A stretch of DNA of 64,000 bases from Vicugna vicugna (lineage: Eukaryota): assembly GCA_013265495.1 (NCBI GenBank), contig MU058384.1, positions 5,080,792 to 5,144,791 on the forward strand. The letters run 5' to 3'. A model generated the notes under the pieces. The model was not told the origin of the DNA. It did not search any database and saw only the letters and a list, made by a program, of their open reading frames with translations. The position numbers and the translations under genes were made by a program. Shown here piece after piece: positions 57,201 through 64,000 of the stretch (position 1 is the first letter of the stretch; every line of letters starts with the position of its first letter).

Positions 57201-60200
57201 TTAATCAAACTTCTAGTGTGAAAGCTTTTCAGAATCCTAAAGCTAAAGGCAATCTCTAGCCTGTGTAAGTAGCTAGCTCCTGACTTCAATTCCACATTTC
57301 ATACCAAAAATCAGATATGGTCATTTTAAATTCACACTTAAAAACTAAATTTAACTAGTTGAAAATTTAACAAACATCTTAAAATATAGTTGTTAACATT
57401 TTTGAGGTCAAGAACCTCTTTGCTCGATTGATGAAAGGTGTGACCCCTCTTCTCAGATTAATACAGATGTGCACCTACATGAAATTTTGAATAAAATTTT
57501 AGGTGGTCTCAGAGCTCTTAAAGTTCTCGAACTCCCAGAAAGTCTCAAAGAAACTCACTTAAGAATATGCTACATGGGAAAAATAAGTATTTTCAGAAAG
57601 ATACGGGTGAATTACAATTTACTAAAAACATGTCAATTGAGAACTATTCCCCAGTGGTTGGCCTACATTCTGTCTTCAGCAGAAGACTCAAGGTCCCATG
57701 GAAAGGAACTTCCCCCCACAGGATTAGCAAAATGAGAAATCCTTTAAAAGCCTTTATTCAAATACCTGAGTATTACTGCCCTTTGCAGTTGTACTCCAGG
57801 ATTATCCCTAGGTAATAAAGGTATATAGCAACAGCTGGGATCATTTTTAAATTAAAATCTCTCACACTTTTAATCTCTTCCATTTCATATAACCGTTTAT
57901 CATTGTGCATATGTCACTATGGGAAACCATTCTTTTGAGCTGGAAATAGTGAAGGGGCCCGCAGAGAGCACATCTGTCTGAGTACTGATGCCCTGCGGTA
58001 CTCGGAGAACACAGGCCATTGTTTAGGTGGCTGTCTGAGTAAAGCAAAGCTCAGGAGAATAAAATACTACTAGGCATCTTCCCCACCCTTTATGTTATTA
58101 AAGGTAATCGAAACTGTGCTATTATACCTGCATCTATTAAAATAAGAGAAGTATTAGAATGGGGCATGTTTAGTGAATATACCACTTATGTAAATGAGTT
58201 TTAAAATATTGATTAAATAAGTAGGAATCAGCCTTTTATGGACAGATGCAAGTCACTTTGTGTTTAGGGTGGTGGTCCAGAAGAGTCAAGTCTAGAGGAA
58301 GTGTGTTTTCCTCAACGCTCACAGTTAACACTTCTCACTCTCAATCCATTCATATTGAAAATGATGAGTAGTGACTGATGAGGCACAAATCAGCCAAACT
58401 CCCTTGGTTGTTATGGTTTGCTATTGAGGTGTTTCACTGTGTGCTTTGGTTTTTACTCATTTCCAGGAATCACTCTGCATGATGAACCTGTCGACTGGGC
58501 GGCAGCAGGCGATCATGTTAGTCTTACGTTGGTTGGGATGGATATCATCAAAATCAAGTGAGTGAGAAAATGAGTTTAAGCGACAATTGTTTTGGATATA
58601 GGACCGCAAGAAACGTAGAATTTGCAGTTGGCCAGCTCATATGAAAGAATGTGTGTTAATTCTGAATCTCATCTGGCCAAAAGTAGGCACTTGTGGAAGT
58701 ATAAGGATAATAAGCAAAACCTACTTAAAATTGAAATTAATACGCATCAGTGCACGTACCTGACGTGTTCTTTGAAGGAAAGCTGTAATGTATGGAAATG
58801 ATATAATGGTATAAAACCATGCTTTAACCAAGAAGGGAATATTTAGAAAAAGTCCCTAATTTACTTGATTGTTTTGCTTTGTAAATGGTTTTAGAGGTAT
58901 TCCTACTGGATGTGTATTTAATTATCCCCCCAATTACCTGCTCTCCTTTTTTGTTTGTTTCTGGTTTTTTGTTGTTACAGTGTTGGCTGCATATTTTGTG
59001 GCCCCAAAGAACCCATTAAGGCCTGCACTCGTTTCAGAGCCCGAATCCTCATCTTTAATATTGAAGTTCCTATCACGAAAGGATTTCCTGTAAGTTTCAA
59101 AACATTTAATTGTTACTGTTTTTATAAATTCAGCATAACTTTATTCTAAAAAATAATAACTCTCTTCACAAGTGATGACGCTATGGTTATTTTCAACTGA
59201 CATCTTATTACTCTAACCCAGAAAAACATGAAATTAGGATTTGAGAATTTTTTTTTTAATTTTGATCCTTAAGCCTGGGGATTTTTTCAAAGAGGCATTG
59301 AGAAGAAATTTCATAATTGATAGGATACAAACTGATGATAATAATAAAATTCATTTAGGGGCAATGATAGAGAATTTTTTGCTGTGTTCTGAAGGTTACC
59401 TGACCAATCTTCTTAGGTTGGGCTTTTCAGGTTTTGTTTTGTTTTAATATGCTTATTTGTAATTTTTCTGGTTATAGAAGTAGTAACATTGTTATAGAAA
59501 ATTTTGGAAAACACAAAAATAGAGATAATAAGAATTCCTGTAGTTCTGTAATGTATAAATGTCTACTCTTTACATTTCAGAGTATTTTTTTGTCTACATT
59601 GTGTCCACCTGTTGATATTTATGGGTATGTTCTGGGCATGCTCGACATAGGGCATCTTTAATTGTGCTGAAGCAACACATTCAGACCCTGTGTGCTGTGA
59701 GGGGGGTTTGCAGGTTTTCATTGACTAGCATCATCTGAACACACATATGTATGGGAAGAGAGGGATTTTATATGGTAATTTTACTTATCCAGAAAACATA
59801 CTCCTTGTGAATAGCATGAATCCTTCGTTTTCTGTGTAATCTTTTTTCAGATATTTGGGCCCCATGCTCTGTTTAGTTGGGTACCTTCCATTTGTCATTT
59901 AACAAATGGGCATTTTTTTCCCATTAGACTTGTTTCTTTTCTTGATCAGCTCATATAGCACAGGCTCTGCATGGCAATAAAAAATGTTTCTCAGTGGGAT
60001 TAAATGGCTTGCCTTTGAAATATAAACAGATCATTTTCACTATTTGATGCATCTTTGAGATAAAACTAAGGCAGTAGTAATGCTAATTGACCTTTAAACT
60101 TCATTTAAAGTAGTGATAGTATTTTAAAGGTTAGGAATAAATTTATTTAGTTCATTTAAATTTATTTTATACCTCTGCACCTTTATTTGAGATAACCATG

Positions 60201-62940
60201 TGATGATTCTTAATAACTTTTCTATGAAAATTTGATCCTATAAAACTAATATTTATAAAATACTGTGTAAGTATTTTAGTTTTATAATTGTATTCCATTT
60301 CTCCCATATGCTGAAAAGAAGGGGGCAAAAGGTTCTCTCCAAAAAATACTGTTATTGTTGAAAATACTTAATTTTTAAACATCCAAAATTCATGTGTTGA
60401 TAGGCAAGAAATTGCTACTGAGCGAATGGCACTCGTTCTTAGAAAGCAGTATGCCCAGTGGGGAGGAGTTGGAGAGGTTGGTTACTGTGTGTTTTCACTC
60501 GTGCAGTAGTAACTTTTGCCAGTGGAGAGGTAGAAGGGTCAAGAGGTTAGTAGTTACTTTGAATAGTAATACTGTCTTCCTGTGTAAGATAGTTTCTTTT
60601 ATGAATTAAAAGTTTTTCGGTGCGGCTTTATGAGATTTCACCCGCGTATATTGATTCACAAATACCAGGATGAAATTTGTTTCAGAAAAAAAATGGTCAT
60701 GTTTCGTCATTTAATTTACTTCCTGTGGGGAGAAACTTTCACAATTTTTTTTTTATTTAACTAAGAAAAGGCTTCCTAAGCAGTTAAAATTTCACTATTT
60801 AGGGACTAGTTCCTTAATATATAAATATTTTTGTTTCCCTCTGTTCGTATGGTAAATGCTCTATATATTTTAGTAGGAAAAAAAAGAGTGGAGTAGATTT
60901 TAATTAAATTCATGTTTTGATTTTTTTACTGTGATAAAATACTTATAATGTAAAATTTACTATTTTAACCATTTTTAAGTGTTCGGTTCAGTGTCATTAA
61001 GTACATTCACCTTGTTGTGCAACCATCAACACCATCCACCTCCAGAACTTTTTCTTTATCCCAAACTCTGTTCCCATTAAACAAGAACTCCCCCATTACA
61101 CTTGCCCTGTATTGTCTGGTAACCACAGTTCTACTTTGTTTCTGTATGAATTTTCCTGTTCTATGTCCCTCATGTAAGTGGAATTATACATTTGTCCTTT
61201 TGTGTCTGACTATTTCACTTAGTATAACATTTATGAAGTTCATCCATGTTGTAGCATGTATCAGAGTTTCATTTCTTTTTAAGGCTGAATAATATTCTGT
61301 TGATGCATATACCACATTTTGTTTATCCATTCATCTGTTGATGGATGTTTGGATTGTTTCCATCTTTTTACAATTCTGAATGATGCTTCTGTGAACATTG
61401 GCATACAAGTATCTGTCTGAGCCCCTGCTTTCAGTTCTTTTGGGTATATACCTAGGAGTGGGACTGCTTGATCATAGGGTAATTCTGTGTTTAACTTTTG
61501 AGAATCGCTAAACTGTTTTCCTACAGCAGCTGTGCCCTTTTTACGTTCCCACCAGCAGTGCACAGGGGTGCTTGCTTCCCCATTTCCTCATCAGCACTTG
61601 TTATTTTCCTTTCTGGGAGTATGTGTGGGGAGATGATTTGTTTGTTTGTTCATAATAGACAAACTAATGGGTTTGAAGGGTGTATCATTGTGGTTTTGAT
61701 TTCCATTTCCTTAGTAGCTAATGATGTTGAACATCTTTTCATTCCTTTATATATTTTAGGTATTTATTTCTTATCAACACGATTTACATATGTTTTCTTT
61801 CATTCTGTTTTCTTTTCAGTCCTAAGTGTCCCTTGATGCACAAAACTTTTAAATTTTGATGAAGCCCAGTTTATCTGCTTTTTGTTTTGTTGCCTTTACT
61901 TTTGGTGTCATATCTGAGAAATCATAGCTAGAGTCAACATAAGAAGATCCCACCCCCCACCCCCATTTTCTTCTATAAGTTTCATAGTTTCAGTTCTTTT
62001 GTTTAGGGCTTTGACCCATTTTGAGTTAATTTTTGTATGTGATACAAGGTGAGGCTTCACCTTCATTCTTTTGCTTGTGGATACCCAGTTTTCCCAGCAC
62101 TGTTTGTTGAAAAGACTGTACTTTCCCTATTGAGTCGTCTTCGCACCCTTATTGCCACTTAGTCTTTTTGATATTAAATTTCTTTACATATGAAACATGA
62201 ACAATAATAGCTAATATATAGGGTCACCCGCTAACTCCATGTTTACTATGTACTAGGCACTACTTTAAAATAACATTATCTGGTTTTCCTCATTTAGTGA
62301 CACGGGACCTGAGGCTGGGGACATTGAGGGGAGAAGGGTTGTTACAGGATTTACCTCAAATCACACTCAGGATTTGAACTCAGGTCTGCTTGACTTCAAC
62401 ACCTGTCTAAACTCCCATATAATATTTTATTCTCATTAGCTGGCAATGAATACAGTTAATTACTACTATCATGTGATTTCCCTTCCCCTCGTTTTTTATG
62501 ATGAAATAGTTCACATTCGTTGAACATCTTATTGTGCCAAGCATCATCTCTGATCCTATGTTAACTCTTATCAAAATCCTGTGAGGAAGGTTATGTCATT
62601 TACTCAGGTTTACACAGTAGGTGGTGGGGGAGAAATTGGAACTTCTTCGCATGACCTCTTCCCCTAGTAAATTAAGGGACAACCTGATTAGAGTGGTGGG
62701 ACTTGGAGGAAGGAACTGGGGAGGCTGACAGACTCTGGGCAGCACTGCTAAGTTTAGTATGATTAAATGTGTGTGCTGGAATAAAAGGCCAGAGATGCTG
62801 TGGTGAGCAGCTCTTTAGTGTTACAATTTTTTGTTGTAGGTGCTGTTACACTACCAAACTGTCAGTGAACCCGCCGTTATTAAACGATTGATTAGTGTCT
62901 TGAACAAAAGCACTGGTGAAGTCACAAAGAAGAAGCCCAA
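3121..62940 (+). CDS. HBS1L: HBS1-like translational GTPase, long isoform, partial spliced CDS: join(3121-3249,5929-6123,38572-38680,42988-43250,43721-43886,46566-46683,49809-49955,51526-51600,52173-52290,52705-52773,55195-55299,58467-58557,58981-59089,62840-62940)
   Basis: 14 GT-AG exons with compatible phases give one open frame containing G1 GHVDAGKST, switch I ERERGVTMD, G3 DAPGH, G4 NKMD and G5 TSGLSG, then beta-barrel domains II/III. Peptides match mammalian HBS1L as recalled. Confidence 0.97.
4420..4660 (-). mobile_element. MIR SINE
   Basis: taatcttcataacaaccttatgaggtagg...gaggaaaatgagacacagagaagtaacttggctaaagttgtaccagctagtaagt matches the reverse MIR core. Confidence 0.85.
5929..6123 (+). 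CDS. HBS1L: HBS1L exon 4 (195 nt), HBS1 N-terminal helical domain, last shared exon
   Basis: tgttctag|CTCGT...AAAG|gtatgc; encodes [45 protein letters not shown]...KIAK. Confidence 0.96.
7366..8834 (+). CDS. HBS1L: HBS1L alternative terminal exon 5a, encoding the C-terminal ~489 aa of the SKI7-like short isoform (HBS1LV3), an exosome-SKI adaptor
   Basis: Phase-1 join to exon 4 gives G|GA GTC TTA TTA TCT ([13 protein letters not shown]...), open and in frame with ORF 7626-8834. Contains RPSAFASTL (RxxxFxxxL, 8610-8636) and [17 protein letters not shown] (8760-8810); ends KKAFTRE then TAG TAA. Confidence 0.93.
8835..9550 (+). other. HBS1L: Probable 3'UTR of the SKI7-like isoform (3' end approximate)
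   Basis: U-rich sequence without recognisable repeats between the stop codon and clustered AATAAA signals. Confidence 0.6.
9415..9528 (+). terminator. Candidate intronic polyadenylation signals for exon 5a: AATAAA at 9415-9420 and 9523-9528 (a third at 9693-9698)
   Basis: Canonical hexamers. The 9523 site has an upstream TGTA (9444-9447) and downstream GU/U-rich sequence (atggttgcatgttcttt). Confidence 0.6.
9741..9915. mobile_element. MER5A-like hAT-Charlie MITE with perfect 8-bp TSD
   Basis: CAGT...ACTG termini; cagaatcactgggg and ccccagttgattctgatg internal motifs; CCTTAAAG at 9733-9740 and 9916-9923. Confidence 0.85.
12730..13403. mobile_element. MER82-like TcMar-Tigger element, apparently full length
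   Basis: TA|CAGTTGAT...GAGGATTGACTG|TA termini; internal gaaatacagggttagg and acagtatgagagctgaaacaagaaggca match the recalled consensus. Confidence 0.85.
14200..17900 (-). mobile_element. Highly decayed old L1 (L1ME-like) fragments
   Basis: T-rich strand bias and L1-like remnants (e.g. ttatcagagaatgtggtctgtg, aaattatccattttgtccagg). Confidence 0.55.
21275..21510 (-). mobile_element. MIR SINE
   Basis: cttgcctaaggtcacaaaactagtaaatggtggaacc. Confidence 0.75.
21655..21850 (-). mobile_element. L1MA/L1MB 3' end fragment
   Basis: aaaatacacataacataaaatttaccat...aagtatattcacattgttgtgc...tctccagaactttttta. Confidence 0.8.
22640..23540 (-). mobile_element. Old L1 (L1ME-like) 3' fragment
   Basis: gggattgctgggt, tttgatttgcatttctgtgaccattaatgaagttg, cttttgcccattttttaattgagtt. 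Confidence 0.65.
23640..23800 (+). mobile_element. MIR SINE
   Basis: gcatgaccttagtaaagttact...ctctgagacttggttttcttcattaaaatggcaataat. Confidence 0.7.
24490..24700 (+). mobile_element. MIR SINE
   Basis: tagctgtgtgcccttagcagattacctgtgtcacagttttcccatgtgtaaaatt. Confidence 0.7.
28500..29180 (+). mobile_element. L2 LINE 3' fragment
   Basis: Pyrimidine-rich body ending ctattagactt...cttgaggataggagtcatgtctta. Confidence 0.6.
29345..29560 (-). mobile_element. MIR SINE
   Basis: cattttatagatgaggaaactagccacagaaagaggttaaatgattcacttgaagtcaca. Confidence 0.85.
29681..29844. mobile_element. MER20 hAT-Charlie MITE (internally deleted)
   Basis: ggatgctgctaaacatcctgcaata...caacaaagaaatatcctgcccaaaatgtcagtag; degenerate TSD ctctagag/ctttagaa. 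Confidence 0.85.
30340..31780 (-). mobile_element. Old L1 (L1ME-like) fragments interrupted by a TA-rich simple repeat (~31105-31195)
   Basis: aaaggttgtaccagattgtactcttgccaacagtgt; ttccagatgaactt. Confidence 0.6.
34200..34350 (-). mobile_element. MIR SINE
   Basis: cattctgtaggtgagaaaactgaggct...ttagtggcagagtaggaattagaatcca. Confidence 0.7.
34730..34900. mobile_element. hAT-Charlie family remnant (a related copy in opposite orientation at ~57385-57540)
   Basis: ttttcattagctttttcaaaggggtgtttgacc...aaaaggtttaaaaaccactg terminus. Confidence 0.55.
36327..36603. mobile_element. MER46C-like TcMar-Tigger MITE
   Basis: cttatctaaagcccttgggaccagat...ttttcagagctcttgaattttggaattacggataag...gtggacatg|ta. 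Confidence 0.8.
36708..36774. other. Assembly gap (67 N)
   Basis: Run of N. Confidence 1.
36860..37772 (+). mobile_element. L2 LINE 3' portion
   Basis: Ends ccactagattgtaagct...gtgcttggcatatagtag...tttgaatgaat (L2 tail). Confidence 0.75.
38572..38680 (+). CDS. HBS1L: HBS1L exon 5 (109 nt)
   Basis: tctttaattag|GAAAA...CCTGG|gtaagg; [37 protein letters not shown] (too short for the ORF track). Confidence 0.95.
42071..42114 (+). pseudogene. 3'-truncated (tailless) U2 snRNA retropseudogene, U2 nt 1-44
   Basis: ATTGCTTCTCGGCCTTTTGGCTACGATCAAGTATAGTATCTGTT versus the U2 5' end ATCGCTTCTCGGCCTTTTGGCTAAGATCAAGTGTAGTATCTGTT (3 mismatches); perfect 19-bp direct repeats at 42056-42074 and 42110-42128. 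Confidence 0.92.
42988..43250 (+). CDS. HBS1L: HBS1L exon 6 (263 nt)
   Basis: ctttctgtag|GGTAA...CATTG|gtaaat; [14 protein letters not shown]...[14 protein letters not shown]. Confidence 0.96.
43721..43886 (+). CDS. HBS1L: HBS1L exon 7 (166 nt), P-loop
   Basis: ttttccttag|GTCAT...GAAAG|gtagtc; [19 protein letters not shown]...[12 protein letters not shown]. Confidence 0.97.
46539..46545 (+). promoter_or_regulatory. Perfect TACTAAC branch point upstream of exon 8
   Basis: TACTAAC about 20 nt upstream of the AAG acceptor at 46563-46565. Confidence 0.7.
46566..46683 (+). CDS. HBS1L: HBS1L exon 8 (118 nt)
   Basis: ttctttaag|GGGAG...CCCAG|gtacca; [39 protein letters not shown]. Confidence 0.97.
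47515..48140 (-). mobile_element. MIR fragment followed by L2 3' end fragments
   Basis: tttaatccttataacaactctatgaagta; ttcattcagtgaatacttattgcatgccttctgtgtgccaggcac. Confidence 0.65.
49809..49955 (+). CDS. HBS1L: HBS1L exon 9 (147 nt)
   Basis: ttctttag|GCAGAT...ATCAG|gtattt; [49 protein letters not shown]. Confidence 0.97.
51526..51600 (+). CDS. HBS1L: HBS1L exon 10 (75 nt)
   Basis: ctttatcag|GTTAAT...TTAAG|gtaaaa; [25 protein letters not shown]. Confidence 0.95.
52173..52290 (+). CDS. HBS1L: HBS1L exon 11 (118 nt)
   Basis: ttttaatag|GATAAT...AATTG|gtaaga; [39 protein letters not shown]. Confidence 0.96.
52705..52773 (+). CDS. HBS1L: HBS1L exon 12 (69 nt)
   Basis: cttttttccag|ATTCC...CAAAG|gtaagt; [23 protein letters not shown]. 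Confidence 0.96.
53440..54970 (+). mobile_element. L2 LINE fragments
   Basis: cttagattgtgagctcctccagggca...cagtgcctggcacataa...aataaatgaataaatgaa; ccccttggtttctgtgacccac. Confidence 0.75.
55195..55299 (+). CDS. HBS1L: HBS1L exon 13 (105 nt)
   Basis: gttttgcag|ATCAA...AAAAG|gtattc; [35 protein letters not shown]. Confidence 0.95.
58302..58397 (+). ncRNA. MIR3662: Segment homologous to the annotated human MIR3662 hairpin (mature-like 24-mer at 58357-58380); bona fide miRNA status doubtful
   Basis: GAAAATGATGAGTAGTGACTGATG matches hsa-miR-3662 as I recall it (hosted in HBS1L). Imperfect hairpin: TCAAT 58341-45 with ATTGA 58354-58, CAGT 58322-25 with ACTG 58374-77. Confidence 0.6.
58368..58440 (+). 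ncRNA. Type I hammerhead-ribozyme-like motif, degenerate (G12 absent)
   Basis: Helix I GTAGTGA/TCACTGT, CTGATGA core, helix II GGC/GCC, AAAC...GTT junction in correct register (manual folding). Confidence 0.45.
58467..58557 (+). CDS. HBS1L: HBS1L exon 14 (91 nt)
   Basis: catttccag|GAATC...ATCAA|gtgagt; [31 protein letters not shown]. Confidence 0.96.
58981..59089 (+). CDS. HBS1L: HBS1L exon 15 (109 nt)
   Basis: gttgttacag|TGTTG...TTCCT|gtaagt; [36 protein letters not shown]. Confidence 0.96.
60920..62155 (-). mobile_element. L1MB/L1MA-type LINE-1 3' end (ORF2 C-terminal remnant plus 3'UTR)
   Basis: Minus-strand ORF 61279-61563 ([22 protein letters not shown]...[14 protein letters not shown]) is the classic L1 ORF2 C-terminus; also cagttttcccagcactgtttgttgaaaagactgt. 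Confidence 0.93.
62200..62420 (-). mobile_element. MIR SINE fragment
   Basis: tactatgtactaggcact...ctgaggct...caggatttgaactcaggtctgcttgact. Confidence 0.65.
62840..62940 (+). CDS. HBS1L: HBS1L exon 16 (101 nt)
   Basis: ttgttgtag|GTGCTG...CCCAA|gtgagt; [33 protein letters not shown]. Confidence 0.96.
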
Positions 62941-64000
62941 GTGAGTGTTTTAATGCATAAATGATAAGCACAATTTAAGCACATTCTTTACAGATTAATT
63001 TGTTTGTACAGTATTTCTCTGTGTCGTGAGGGAAGTCTGTTTCACTTGTTCCAGAAATCATTTTTATTAAGGACTAGACTAAAACACAAAAACAAATATT
63101 TAAGCTCCTGTTTTAGGTATGAATGCTAGATACAATTTCTGTTATGTATGGTGGTGATGGGTATTAATAAATATGTAAATATAAGTCTATGTATAAGTAT
63201 CAAGCCTCAGATACTGATGATACAGAACTGAAGGCATTTAAAAAATTAGTCCTACATTTTTAAAGATGAATTTGATTTATGCCTAGCCAGTTGCTCCAAA
63301 TTCCAGTTGATTATTCTTAACTTTCTTGTCACCTCCTCCTGAGACTCACTCCCTATGCTAAGAATACCCCAGGAAGAAAGCGAACTACACACTGTTTTTC
63401 TCCCGCCGGGAAAGTGCTCTTTTTTCTGCTTGAAGTCCACCTGGAGCCACCATGGTCACCGCCATGGCAGTCCCCTCTGATTACCATTAATATTTAAGTC
63501 TAGGTGTGGACAGCTCCCCTTTGGCTGGGATAGGCTTGGGATTTTTCAAAGGAAGTGCTTCCTGAGAAACTTGTGTTTCTTACTCTAATTCATATAGGCC
63601 AACCACAGTTTGGCTTGGCTGCTTCAGCTCTGGGGTTTTCCTCACTTCAGCCCTATGGGGAATCCCACCCAAAATCCCCTTTTTTCAGTCCTTGGGTGTT
63701 CCTCCTCATTTGCACCTGTGTAAGAGACCAAAGGTGGTTAGAGGGTTAATTTAGGGTTGGTTGCAAGTGGAAGAGAGACGCTTCACACTCCTCAAAACTC
63801 ATGCCTGTTTCTCTGTTAGTTAGAAAAAAGTGGCTACTCAATCTCTCTTTTAAAGATCTTTATTTTTAACTTGAGTCTTGAGTTTCTGGCATGAGTGTCT
63901 GCCACAGCGTGCTGAGAAGTGTGATGGAACTAATGGGTGGCATTTCTGGAGGACCATTCTTTTCTAAGCTCTGCCATAAGTGCTTTTGCGTGGTTTATAT

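Noticed and set aside
57976..58006. 9-bp hairpin TCTGAGTAC/GTACTCGGA containing CTGATG
   Set aside because: Lacks the full CTGATGA, GAAA and three-way junction; an isolated hairpin compatible with chance.
58268..58300. Possible 33-nt in-frame microexon (tgtttag|...GAA|gtgtgt) upstream of the structured element
   Set aside because: Weak donor, and it would insert 11 residues into beta-barrel domain II; unsupported without transcript data.
63446..63490. Two tandem strong Kozak contexts (GCCACCATGG, ACCGCCATGG)
   Set aside because: The ORF is only 12 codons (MVTAMAVPSDYH), intronic, with no promoter or CpG island nearby.
319..63749. Remaining 60-134 aa ORFs in the track
   Set aside because: Low-complexity intronic or TE-derived frames, many starting at TTG/GTG; only those overlapping HBS1L exons or the L1 ORF2 remnant have recognisable homology.

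Overview
AT-rich eutherian mammal genomic DNA (non-human; no young lineage-specific SINE recognised) covering the interior of HBS1L on the + strand. It contains exons 3-16 (human numbering) of the long Hbs1 translational-GTPase isoform; exons 1-2 and the last exons lie outside the window. It also contains the intact alternative terminal exon 5a (7366-8834) of the short SKI7-like isoform HBS1LV3, with its 3'UTR and poly(A) signals. All junctions are GT-AG and join in frame. Introns carry ancient repeats (MIR, L2, L1M, MER5A, MER20, MER82, MER46C), a 3'-truncated U2 snRNA retrocopy and one 67-N assembly gap. Top leads: (1) a structured element just upstream of exon 14, matching the human MIR3662 locus as I recall it, that folds as a type I hammerhead-ribozyme-like motif lacking catalytic G12 and overlaps the likely branch point; (2) the exon 5a acceptor is a tandem GTAAG-GTAAG resembling a recursive splice site at the Ski7/Hbs1 decision point; (3) repeated LxxL motifs in the SKI7-specific linker. 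Family names and human comparisons come from recalled sequences, not database searches; repeat boundaries are approximate unless a TSD is given.
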